A stretch of DNA of 64,000 nucleotides from Squalus acanthias. Its lineage: Eukaryota. The first letter of the stretch is position 1; each line of letters opens with the position of its first letter. The stretch is from the NCBI GenBank assembly GCA_030390025.1, contig CM059425.1, forward strand, positions 70,494,001 to 70,558,000, in the 5' to 3' direction. The notes beneath the pieces are model-generated. The model saw only the letters and a list, made by a program, of their open reading frames with translations. It did no database searches and had not been told where the DNA came from. A program made the position numbers and the translations under genes. Positions 1 to 12,000 of the stretch are shown piece after piece.

Positions 1-492
1 TTGCTGTCCAGTTTACTCCATAATAACGGTGAGCGCTGATAGCCTCCCAAAAAATCCGGGCCATTATTGCGATGCTACTTGCGATGACTTCATCACCTAA
101 TAACATGCAAAGCATGGGACTTTGAAATACAAACCAGGCTGTAAAAAAACAAGCAGGGTATATCAAAATGTGATTTCAGATAGCCTCCAAAGGAAGGCCT
201 GGCACAAATGATTGCCCATTGCACTGGTATCTTTACTGAAATGCATTGAACAATTAAAGTCACTCCAGTTGCCACTATATATAGGGCATTTGTGTTCACC
301 TATTAAGAATTCAAGGCCTCTGCAACGGGGTTTGTGAATAGAGGCTGGAAATGATTCCTTGAAATCCTGTGCACCATAGACAGCACCAATATATATTTTG
401 TACATGATGCGGAGATGCCGGTGTTGGACTGGGGTGGACAAAAATGAGAAGTCGCACAACACCAGGTTATAGTCCAACAGTTTTATTTGAAA

Positions 493-529
493 TCACGAGC
501 TTTCGGAGCGCTGCTCCTTCGTCAGGTAA
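493..529 (-). ncRNA. Minimal type I hammerhead ribozyme (second copy, inverted arm)
   Basis: Minus strand reads TTAC-CTGACGA-A-GGAGC(AGC)GCTCC-GAAA-GCTC-GTGA, with a perfect 5-bp stem II. Confidence 0.78.
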
Positions 530-780
530 AGTGAGGGAATACAAATCAGCAAAGCATATATAGACAGAGAACAATGTGTTTCTGACTGCCGTCTATCACA
601 CCTCGGCAGAGATACAATCAGTCAGGAAGGCATTACATCAAAGACACAGCAAAATACAGCTAAGACAATGAGGTGGGGTCACAGGGGGTCCAACGTGTCA
701 AATGCTGCAGTCTGCAGTTAAGCTTTTTACTTTTTTTTTAAAACTGGAAATCACATCTGTGAACAAGACAACGACGACTC

Positions 781-1320
781 GACCCCACGCCTCCACTACT
801 CACCTTCAAGCAGCCGCCTAACCTGAAAAGTACCATCGTTCGCAGCAAATTACCCAGCTGTCAGGAGAACAGCGACCACGACACCACACAACCCTGCCAC
901 GGCAACCTCTGCAAGACATGCCAGATCATCAACACAGATACCATCATCACACGTGAGGACACTACCCACCAGGTACATGGTACAAACTCATGTGACTCGG
1001 CCAATGTTGTCTACCTCATACTTTGCAGGAAAGGATGCCCTCCCGGAGCATGGTACATCGGCGAGACCATGCAGACACTGAGACAACGTATGAACGGACA
1101 CCGCGCAACAATCGCCAGGCAGGATTGTTACCTCCCAGTTGGGGAACACTTCAGCAGTCAAGGACATTCAGCCTCGGATCTGCGGGTAAGCGTTCTCCAA
1201 GGCAGCCTTCGAGATACACGACAACGCAAAATCATCGAGCAGAAACTGATAGCCAAGTTCCGCACCCATGAGGACAGCCTCAACCGGGATCTTGGGTTCA
1301 TGTCACGCTACATGACGTAG
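781..1320 (+). pseudogene. Penelope ORF C-terminus: Cys-rich linker and GIY-YIG endonuclease (RT missing)
   Basis: Stop-free frame from 781: ...LLTFKQPPNLKSTIVRSKL...PCHGNLCKTC...SCDSANVVYLILCRKGCPPGAWYIGETMQTLRQRMNGHR...VGEHF...EQKLIAKFRTHEDSLNRDLG. It has the VVY/YIG, R, H, E and N motifs typical of PLE GIY-YIG domains. Confidence 0.9.
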
Positions 1321-1585
1321 AGTCATCCAGACTCGAGTCGTCGTTGTCTTGTTCACAGATGTGATTTCCAGTTTTAAAAAAAAAATAAAAAGCTTAACTG
1401 CAGACTGCAGCATTTGACACATTGGACCCCCTGTGACCCCACCTCATTGTCTTAGCTGTATTTTGCTGTGTCTTTGATGTAATGCCTTCCTGACTGATTG
1501 TATCTCTGCCGAGGTGTGATGGAGGGCAGTCAGAAACACATTGTTCTCTGTCTATATATGCTTTGCTGATTTGTATTCCCTCACT

Positions 1586-1622
1586 TTACCTGACGAAGGA
1601 GAAGAGCTCCGAAAGCTCGTGA
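1586..1622 (+). ncRNA. Minimal type I hammerhead ribozyme (PLE-associated)
   Basis: TTAC-CTGACGA-A-GGAG(AAGAG)CTCC-GAAA-GCTC-GTGA: CUGANGA and GAAA core boxes, stem II hairpin, palindromic AGCT in place of stem III, stem I TTAC/GTGA. Confidence 0.75.
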
Positions 1623-1983
1623 TTTCAAAAAGAACTGTTGGACTATAACCTGGTGTTGTGCGACTTCTCATATACTTTGTAGGCATTTCTGGCCAGTTTT
1701 AAGGATTTATGCTCAAATATGTAACCACCAGGATGTCTGCAGAGTCCCGATTCATATATTAATCATTATGTATTCTTCAAAGTAACTGTACATCAAGATA
1801 TAGGAAATTTGCTATATACTGTATACAATCTACATAGCAGTCCTCAGTTGTTTATATAAATCTATAAGCATCATTCATCTTGCATTTTGTTCTGCAGACT
1901 TGGTAAAAATGATTTTCAACAAAACATAGAGTTTAAGGCATAAAATTATTGCACCCTACACCAGCAGGAACCAGTCTAACATG

Positions 1984-2872
1984 TGCTGTGAGGAGGATGC
2001 AGAGAAACTCCAGTATGGTTTGGACAGGTTGGGTGATTGGGCAGATGCATGGCAGATGCAGTATAATGTGGATAAATGCGAGGTTATCCACCTTGGTGGC
2101 AAAAACAGGAAGACAGATTATTATCTGAACGGCAATAGATTGGGAAAAGGGGAAGTGCAACGAGATCTGGGAGTCCTTGTGCACCAGTCACTGAAGGTAA
2201 GCATGCAGGTGCAGCAGGCGGTTAAGAAGGCAAATGGTATGTTGGCCTTCATAGCGAGAGGATTCGAGTACAGGAGCAAGGATGTCTTGCTGCAGTTGTA
2301 CAAGGCCTTGCTGAGACCACACCTTGAGTATTGTGCAGTTTTGGTTGCCTCATCTGAGGAAGGATGTTCTTGCCATGGAGGGAGTGCAGCGAAGATTTAC
2401 CAGACTGATACCTGGGATGGCAGGAATGACGTATGAAGAGAGATTGGGTCGATTAGGCTTATATTCGCTAGAGTTTTGAAGAATGAGAGGGGATCTCATT
2501 GAAACTTATAAAATTCTAACAGGACTAGACAGACTAGATGTAGGAAGGATGTTCCCGATGGCGGGGGAGTCCAGAATCAGAGGTCACAGTCTAAGGATAA
2601 GGGGTAAGCCATTTAGGACTGAGATGAGGAGGAATTTCTTCACCCAGAGAGTGGTGAACCTGTGGAATTCTCTACCACAGAAGGCAGTTGAGGCCAATTC
2701 ATTAAATATATTCAAGAAGGAGATAGATATATTTCTTAAGGCTAAAGGGATCAAGGGATATGGGGAGAAAGCAGGGACAGGGTACTGAATTTAGATGATC
2801 AGCCATGATCTCATTAAATGGCAGAGCAGGCTCGAGGGGCCGAATGGCCTACTCCTGCTCCTATCTTCTATG
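1984..2872 (+). mobile_element. CR1-clade LINE, 5'-truncated 3' fragment
   Basis: ORFs 1981-2436 and 2483-2788 encode a CR1 RT C-terminus (WQMQYNVDKCEV, RPHLEYC, RGDLIETYK, RGHSLRI, FFTQRVVNLWNSLP), followed by a 3' tail ...GAATGGCCTACTCCTGCTCCTAT. Confidence 0.92.
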
Positions 2873-4432
2873 CAAAGATCCTTTTCATCAGGCCACTAAA
2901 ATAAGGACCCACAACACTACAGCGAGCAATATGTCACCTCCAACACAAATGTTAGTGAACCCCTTGCACATCACAGAGGCCCTTTCTGATCTTATTTGCT
3001 GGAATCAATGTGAGGAGATAACAGCTCGTGGGGCATAACTGCTTTCCCCCAACACCTAACTCTCGAACATCCTCAATGAATTATATGTACACACACACAA
3101 AATGAAAACTATCTACATACCACAGTATTGAGATAATCTTGAATTATTCCTATGTGTCACACCACCAGTGTCTACGTATTGAGTGACATCCACATGGGTT
3201 TAATTATTCAACACAGACACTTAATTAAAATCAGTATTTTTTTTATTTTGGAGGGAGGAACAAAAAGTTAAAGCTGAGTAGTATCCAAAGACCCACAAAT
3301 ACATTATCATCGAATCATACAGCACAGAAGGAAGCCATTTGGTCCATCGAGCTATTCAATTAGTCCCGCTCCTCTGCTCTTTACATTTAGTTCTACGCTG
3401 AGCTTTTAAAGAAGATAAACAGATGGCAGTAATAGCAAACTAGCTAGTTGGATTGAAACTGTCATGGGAAGAGCAGCAGTTGATCACAAACAGCCAAAGC
3501 TTTGTAAAGGCTACAGTCAATAGTTGAGTTTTTCGAGCTGTTCTGGGGATGCTCCATGACTTACACTATTCATAAATAAGGTAGGGGAGAGTACTTCTAA
3601 TAATATTGATTTGCTGGTGACATCAAGATATGTAGGGAAGTGGCTCGTGTAAGGGAGATTGCTATTCCAGGAATATGCAGATTAGATTACATGTCTAATG
3701 TAGCATTGATAAATGCATATTGGTACAGGAACTGCAATTCACTGGTGTCTATTGATAAGGGTTAAGTGTGATTATTGGGGAGCAGCAGTTATTTTACTCA
3801 AAGTCTAAAGTCAATACAGAGCTTTTCTCAATAAGTACTAAAATGAGTCTTGATGGTTGCTTATTTAGTGATTAAAGGATGCTGGTACTGGGGAAGTGAA
3901 CATTTTTCCACTTTTGCCTCCTAGGCCTGCACTTTGAGTATGTGCTGGGGATGAAGAGCCATGCCCGTCACCAGTGGATGTAGCACAATGATTCCAGTGG
4001 TTGGAAAACCATGGACAGTACGCCCATGATATTCCAGTATATGTTGGCAGTGGGCCAGGTTCCTTGCCGCTGGTCTGTACTTGGGAAATTCAAGCCTTAG
4101 TATCAACATTGGAAGAGAGAATATATTTTCATCTCATTAGTCTGGAGTAGATTCAAATGTCCCAAAGGTGCAAGAATATTGTACTAATCCATTGTTACAC
4201 CCAGCCCCTTCTCTCTTGGACATTTAAATTGATCACAACGCAGGTTATGTTAACCCTGTATTGCTCAATCAGTCAGGCTGTATTTGTTTTTGTCCGTATT
4301 TGGTTTTTCTTCCCCTGCCAATCATCTTGTGTCTTCAAGGTGTTGATTTTGATTAGTTGCTGGGGATATTATTCTATGGTACCAGGTAACCTGCAGTACC
4401 TTATCCAAATGGCCATTACTCGTGTATCGACC

Positions 4433-4740
4433 CTTACAACAACTTGCATTTACATAGCGCCTTTAACGTAGTAAACTGTCCCAAGATGCTTCACAGGAGC
4501 GTCAGCAAGTTAGTCACATGCAGGGTCATCACAGTCAAGCCCAATGCTGTTTTCCACCTGACATCCATCCACATACACACTTCCAGCAGGGGCTGCTGGA
4601 TAACAATCAGTAGCAGAAACTCTGGCTGATTTCTCCTCTCTAACCGAATTTGCACTGAAGTCAATTGTTGCCCTAACACCACTCTGGCTGAGATCCCTGT
4701 GGATTAAACTTGAGGCAACATTTGTACGACTCTGTGCTGT
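4433..4740 (-). mobile_element. L2-type 3' tail plus degraded SINE body
   Basis: 4433-4501 matches the L2 tails at 8494 and 40400-40469. 4520-4640 matches the reverse complement of the SINE body at 38000-38100 (ATCCAG...CTGCTGGAA). Confidence 0.6.
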
Positions 4741-5556
4741 GTTTGCCAACCTACCTTCAAAGGAATATTGATACTTCTGAACAACAAGGGGATTTCTAGG
4801 ATTCCAAACTCTGGAGGCTGACTGAATCGAACTTGTTCTCCATAGAAGAACGATGCTTGAAGGGCATGATGCAGCTCTTTACAATGATGAAGGTCATGGG
4901 TAATGTGGAGGGAAGCAAGTTGTTGAACTGAAACTATGATCAAGGAACTGAAAAACATGAGTGTGAAATTGGTAAGCTCTGGAAAAGAATAGAAATTGGA
5001 AGAAATTTGTTTTGTTTACAGAATATGGAATGACTCCCATCAAAAGTAGTTCATGGATTAATTCCATGGAAAATGAACTAGACAAATATCTAAGAATAGA
5101 ATTGAAGGTTATAAGGATAAATGTAAACTTACATGAACAAATATTATATGGAACACAAGTCACATTTTGTTCCGTAGGAATGCTATCTGTGGAATGCAAT
5201 CAGTCAGGGTTGTAATGTGTATTGAGATCTCGATATTTTACTCCATTATCTCAGGATTTTAAAAATCCTCGAGAGTTTTAGATTGCTGGAAATTTTACCT
5301 GTGATTATTCACCTCCTTAAAGAAACTAATTAATTTGGGGAGAATAAAGGACCGTTTGAACTATCCGTGGTCTGTTGGCAGGAGCAAGCTAAGTAGGCCG
5401 AATAATCTTGTTCCATAGTTTCTTATCTTGTCATGACTTAATATGCTTCACGCAACAGTCTCAAATTTTGGTTCCATTATTCTCCACAACGACATGCAAT
5501 TGGGGCCTAATGAACCGTAAATATGGGTAGAGATCATTGCTGCTCAGTGTCAACTA

Positions 5557-5636
5557 ATGATCTTATTGAATGGCGGAGCAGGCTCGAAGGGCCAAATGGC
5601 CTACTCCTGCTCCTATTTCTTACGTTCTTATGTTCT
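5557..5636 (+). mobile_element. Isolated CR1 3' tail
   Basis: ATGATCTTATTGAATGGCGGAGCAGGCTCGAAGGGCCAAATGGCCTACTCCTGCTCCTATTTCTTACGTTCTTATGTTCT; same tail as 2805-2872 and the reverse complement of 29624-29695. Confidence 0.8.
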
Positions 5637-5725
5637 GGTGGGAGGTTCCTGCATTTCACATTAAACTAGCCGGAAATATTATATCGAACACAAGCATCCA
5701 GTCACATTTTGTTCCATAGGAATGC

Positions 5726-8135
5726 TATCCCTTGATTCCCTTAATATTCAAAAATCTATCAATCTCTGTCTTGAATATACTCAACGACTGAGCCTCTACA
5801 ACCCTCTGGGGTAGAGAATTCCAAAGATTCACCACCCTCTGAGTGAAGAAATTTCTCCTCATCTCAGTCCTAAATGGCCGACCCCTTATTCTGAGACTGT
5901 GACCCCTGGTTCTAGACTCCCCAGCCAGGGGAAACATCCTCCCAGCATCTACCCTCTCAAGCCCTATAAGAAGTTTGTATGTTTTAAGGAGATCACCTCT
6001 CATTCTTCTAAACTCTAGAGAATATAGGCCTAGTCTACTCAATCTCTCCTCATAGGACAATCCCCCCATTCCAGGAACCAGTCTGGTGAACCTTCGTTGC
6101 ACTCCCTCTATGGCAAGTATATCCTTCCTTAGGTAAGGAGACTAAAACTGTACACAATACTCCAGGTGTGGTCTCACCATGGCCCTATATAACTGCAGTA
6201 AGATGTCTTTACTCTTATACTCAAATCCTCTTGTAATAAAGGCCAACATACCATTTGCTTTCCTAATTGCTTGCTGTACCTGCATGTTAACTTTCAATGA
6301 TTCGTGTACAAGGACACCCAGGTCCCTCTGAACACCAACATTTCCCAATCTCTCACCATTTAAAAATACTCTGCTTTTCTATTCGTCCTACCAAAGTAGA
6401 TAACTTCACATTTCTCCACATTATATTCCATTTTCCATGTTCTTGCCCACTCACTTAGCCTGTCTATATCCCCTTGAAGCCTCCTTGCATCCTCCTCACA
6501 ATTTACATTCCCACCCAGCTTTGTATCATCAGCAAACTTGGATATATTACATTTGGTCCCCTCATCCAAATCATTGATATAGATTGTGAATAGCTGAGGC
6601 CCAAGCACTGATCCTTGCAGTACCCCACTAGTTACAGCCTGCAACCCGAAAATGACCCGTTTATTCCTACTCTGTTTTCTGTCCATTAACCAATATTCAA
6701 TCCATGCTAGTATATTACCCCCAATCCCATGAGCCCTAATTTTGTTTAATAACCTCTTGTGTAGCATCTTATCAAATGCCTTCTGAAAATCCAAATACAC
6801 CACATCCACTGGTTCCCCCTTATCTATTCTGCTAGTTACAACCTCAAAAAACTCCAATAGATTTGTCAAACACGATTTCCCTTTCATAAATCCGTGTTGA
6901 CTCTGCCCAATCCTATTATTATTTTCTAAGTGCCCTGCTACCACGTCCTTAATAATAGATTCTTGCATTTTCCCTACTACTGATGTCAGGCTAACTGGTC
7001 TGTAGTTCTCCGTTTTCTCTCTCCCTCCTTTTTTAAATAGTGGGGTTATATTTGCTACCTTTCAATCTGCGGGAACCATTCTAGAATCTATGGAATTTTG
7101 GAAAATGACAACCAATGCATCCACTATATCTATAGCCACCTCTTTCAAAACCCTAGGATATAGGCCATCAGGTGCAGGGGATTTATCGACTTTCAGTCCA
7201 TTCATTTCTCCAGTACTATTTTTTTACGAATACTAATTTCTTTCAGTTCCTCATTCTCACTAGAGTCTTGGTTCACCACTGTTTCTGGGAAGTTTTTTTG
7301 TATCCTCTTCCATGAAGACAGACACAAAGTATTTGTTTAATTTCACTGTCATTTCCTTATTCCCCATTATAATTTCTCCTGTCTCAGCCTCTAAGGGACC
7401 CACATTTACTTTCGCTAATATTTTCCTTTTTACATACATATAGAAGCTTTTACAGTCTGTTTTTATGTCTCTCACTAGTTTACTCTCATATTCTATTTTC
7501 CCTTTCTTTATCAATTTCTTGGTCCTCCTTTGCTGAATTCTAAAATCCTCTGAATCCTCAGGCTTACTACTCTTTTTGGCAACATTATAAGCCTCTTCCA
7601 TTGATCTAATACTATCTTTAACTTCTCTTGTTAGCCACGGTTGGACCACTTTTCCTGTGGGGTTTTTGTGCCTTAAAGGAATGTATATTTGTTGTAAATT
7701 ATGTATTAATTCTTTAAATGCTAGCCATGGCTTGTCTACCGTCATACCTTTTAATGTAGTTTCCCAATCTACCTTAGCCAACTCGCCCCTCATACCAACA
7801 TAGTTTGCTTTGTTTAGATTTAAGACCCTAGTTTCAGATTTAACTAAATCACTTTCAAACTCAATAAAAAATTCTATCATATTATGGTCACTCTTCCCTA
7901 AAGGCCCCTTTACTACAAGGTTATTAGTTAACCCTTTCTCATTGCACAATACTAAATCTAAAATAGCCTGTTCCCTAGTTGGTTCATCAACATACTGATC
8001 TAGAAAACTATCTTGCATACATTCCATGAATCATCCTCCACGCTATTACTACAAATTTGGTTTGCCCAGTCTATATGTAGATTAAAGTCCCCCATGATTA
8101 CTGTATTACCCTTGTTACATGCGCCTCTAATTTCC
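5726..8135 (-). mobile_element. CR1-clade LINE ORF2 fragment (APE endonuclease C-terminus plus RT), frameshifted
   Basis: Minus strand gives VIMGDFN near 8085, LGKSDHN (ORF 7260-8027), QHGFMKGKSCLTNL, YLDFQKAFD, QGSVLGP and FADD (ORF 6360-6968). Multiple frameshifts; 3' tail absent. Confidence 0.95.
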
Positions 8136-8493
8136 AGAAATAGGTGGGAACTTTATTACAATATGATAATGGGATGGAAGTGATGTCTGATGTATATGTC
8201 AGAAATACACTGTTAATTTTGTCCATCTAAATTGGTCATCTAAATTTGCTAGGTCATACCTTATAATATTTAAAGGGACAGCCTGAAAGTTTAATGTTTG
8301 CCATTCAATTGGTTTTTGGTATTCTTTTTATATTTTTTTGTTTCAACTCAGTGGCTGAAGAGGATTTGTGGCATGGGTGTTAAGCAACCGATTTTCTTTG
8401 TGTGTATGATACCTACGAGATAGGACATAGGTAACCCTATGAAATCCCTCTAGTTTTAAGCTATTTGGAGGAGGAATATAAAGAGGCCAGCAA

Positions 8494-9022
8494 AAACAAC
8501 TTGCATTTATATAGCACCCTTAACATAGTAGAATGTCCCAAGGAGCTTCATGAAATTTGACACCGAACCACATAAGGAAATATTAGGACAGATGACCAAA
8601 AGCTTGGTCAAAGAGATAGGTTTTAAGGAGTGTCTTAAGGGATGAGAGAAAGGTAGAGAGACTGAGAAGTTTAGGGAGAGAATTCCAGAGTTTAGGGCCT
8701 TGGCAGATGAAGGCACGGCCGCCAATGGTGGAGCGATTAAAATGGGGGATGTGCAAGAGGCCAGAATTGGAGGAGCGCAGAGATCTTGGAGGGTTGTAGG
8801 GCTGGTGGAGATTACAGAGATAAGGAGGGGTGAGGCCATGGAGGGATTTGAAAACAACAGTGAGAATTTTGAAATTGAGGTGTTGCCAATGTAAGTCAGC
8901 AAGCGCAGGGGTGATGGGTGAACGGGACTTGGTGCGAGTTAGGATATGGGCAGCAGAATTTTGAATGAGCTCAAGTTTATGGAGGATGGGAGGCCGGCCA
9001 GGAGAGCATTGGCATAGTCAAG
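8494..9022 (-). mobile_element. L2-clade LINE 3' fragment
   Basis: Reverse complement aligns with 34620-35110 and 40030-40469, including the TATATAAATGCAAGTTGTT tail. Confidence 0.85.
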
Positions 9023-12000
9023 TCACAGGAAGATGGTTGCGGTTTTCGGAAGCCAATTGTCACAGCAGCAGACGATCTGTGTTACAATGCGATCTTGATG
9101 AGAACTCTTCGGCTGTAGCTTTCAGCAGAATGAGCATCATGGAATTAAGCTTCAGTGGATTTTTTGGTGTCAGTAAGTGAATAGGTTCAAGAAAAAAAAG
9201 AGCATGAGAAATCTAGCGCAAACCCTGAGCCGGGGCCAGGCCTCCTAATTTTCTATCCACTACCCCCTCAATGGCCTCTCAGCTGTGCCACCTCCTCAAA
9301 AGGTGCAAGAAGATAATGGTTAGGGGACCTCCTCCCGTTTAGGCTCTCTCTCTTCTCATGCACTGTCTTCTACGGGAAACAGATTAGAAGAGGTGTGTTG
9401 TGATTACATGACATACATCAGGCAGGTACAGTAGATGGGCAGGATTTGTCTGCGAGGAAAGCATTTAAGAATCCAAGGGAAGGAACACTGACAAGGAAAA
9501 TTTGCTGTTGCAATTGTACCCTGCTGCACAATAGGTAGTCATGGGAAAGATTTAAAGTACTGTAAGACTGTAACTCAAGATGCCATATATGCTTAGTATG
9601 CAGCATTAATATAAGGTTACGGTGGGATTCCTGCTAAAAGGCGAGCTCCCAATGAGAAGCATTATTGATGCCAAGAGCTTGGCCACAGAATGTAAATTAG
9701 ACTGACCCTGGAAATAGAGGCAGGGTCAGCACACTAATGGTCAGATATGTGCTAATGACATACTGCCAGAATGAAGGCCTCAGATGAAAACGGGATTAAA
9801 AAAACAGGGTTCAAATTTCCATTACACAAACATTGCATATTTATTTGTTTCAAGCATACGTATAGATTCTAATTATATAATAAAGTTTTAATACAATGGT
9901 AGGACTAATCCAGACAAATATAAATCTAAAAAAGAAATTGGTTAGTCATTAACCACCTTCCCATAAAGGGATTTGAATGAGGAAATAATTACAAATAATT
10001 CTGTTAAAATCATATTTAATTATGTTTTGGGGAGGAAATATAAAATGCTATTTGCAGTATTATTAATTATACTTGTGTTGAGATGACAAGAGAGGCTGGA
10101 TCAAAGAGGGAAGAGCAGGCAAACAGGGAAGTGATGAGTGACTATGAAGTGATGACAGTGAGCTCAGCTAGAAAATGGAGTGAGGAAACATACCCGTACT
10201 TCCTGAATACCAGCCAGTTCTGTAGTGACCAGATTAAGTTGCAGTGGGCAAGAAATGTTCATCAGCATGGATCAAGATGGTTGCTGTGGATTATATTTGT
10301 GAAGCTAAAGGTCATTTTCAGATTGGCAGGTGACCTTGAGTGAAATGGTAAGGCCTGAGCTGGTTCCTGCTTACATTTTCTGTCCCCTCCATGCCTGTGC
10401 AAGAATAGTACTCAAAGGCAGCATAGCATTCTTGAGAGATGAGATTAACTATATGAGTTAGGAAAATGAAATTCAATTGTTGGGAGAGGAATATGCATCT
10501 GGGGAGGCAGCGGGTAAAAATATGATATTACAAAAACAAATAAATACCTGTAACTTTCTTATTTCAGGAATGGTCTCCCAATGAGAGCTGTACAGACTTT
10601 CATTTTAACTAATGTGATTAACTGTGTCACCATTTATTACAAAGAGAATGTCAAAGGCAGATGTTTTGGAAGTAGTACTGTATAATGAAAGCTATGAATG
10701 TGAAGGTATCCAGATTTTTGATAAATCAATGTACAGTATTTGGTTTTGTTCTCTCCTTGTTTACCAATCCTTCCTTCCTCCCCACCCCCGTCCCCGCCCC
10801 CCCACCCATTCAGTGGGTGACTTATGTGGACAAATCACTGGCCACAGGGGTTGCCCAGTTGTTCAAGCAGTTGGATATTTTACTCCCAAACAGAAAGTCA
10901 AGAGTTCAAATCACAGCCAGCCTGTCACTCACAGTTGCTCACCTCAGGAAGTGACTTTGGTCAGTTTTCTGCCCGACGACCAGATGAAGTTTCTCTGGGG
11001 TTTTTTCCCCTCGCCAGGAGCTAGTGGTTGGAGTGGGTGGTGCACTAGCTTGAACGAATGGATAGGTTGTGTATTGCCGGACCTATCTTTTCTCGCCCTT
11101 TTCCTATGATCGTAAGAGATACATAAAGTAAAGGATTTAATTTACTGGTTGAGAGAGGAGGATAGAAAGGGAATGGTATTCTAAATCTCATCCCATTAAA
11201 TTCACATTTCCTGTTAGCTGCCTATGGAGTAACACAGTGGTCATGGAGAATCTGTAGCTCTGCCACGTCTCTCCTTCCATCTGGAGGGGAGTGGTATCAA
11301 AACAAAATGGTAAATATTTGGGAGAGCAAATAAATCTTCAAGATTTTTTTTAAATGCTGATGCATTTTTTCCAAAGGAACATTACTTGACAAACATTTCC
11401 ACAATATATCAATATACATCCGATGGCAAATTACCTATGATTTTCAAATAAATTAAATATTTCTAAATTTTAGCTTTTGCATGACCAATGACAAGTCAAA
11501 AACATAGTTGCCAGATGGGACGTGATACAGAGCAAGGCTGTTTATAATTTGGATCATAAACAAGGTAAAAATAAGGTATTGAGCACGAGTGTTCATTTAA
11601 CTGACTCTCTTGGAAAATGCATTAAAGTACTTTTGTGTCTTTTTTCCAATTTCTAGACACTTACCAGATATCCTTATGAGATAGTCATTTAAGATTAACT
11701 TACTGTAATAGCAAAATTAATGGAGCTATGGACAGTATTACTTTTCATGAAGGGTAAACTATCCTCTGCCACTAACTGTTATTAGAAAACTATATATGGC
11801 TGTCAGCTGCAGTCTTCGAAGCTTAAAAAAGTTCCTGTCACCAGCTATTGCTTTTCAGCACGAATGCTTCCGGCTGCTAACTGGGGCTCCTCATTGCCAA
11901 ACGTAGCTTCCCTTTAAAACTCTTCATTCCAGCATCCATTTCCAGTGTATTAATATCTCCTGTCATTGTTACTGAGGGTCTGGTACTTAGTATTGCTACC

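Larger units (their letters stand above)
405..1671 (+). mobile_element. Penelope-like retroelement (PLE), 5'-truncated, with inverted pseudo-LTR arrangement
   Basis: 444-782 is a near-perfect reverse complement of 1333-1671 (339-bp arms). The arms flank a GIY-YIG coding segment and each carries a hammerhead motif. The left arm extends about 40 bp further than the right. Confidence 0.9.
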
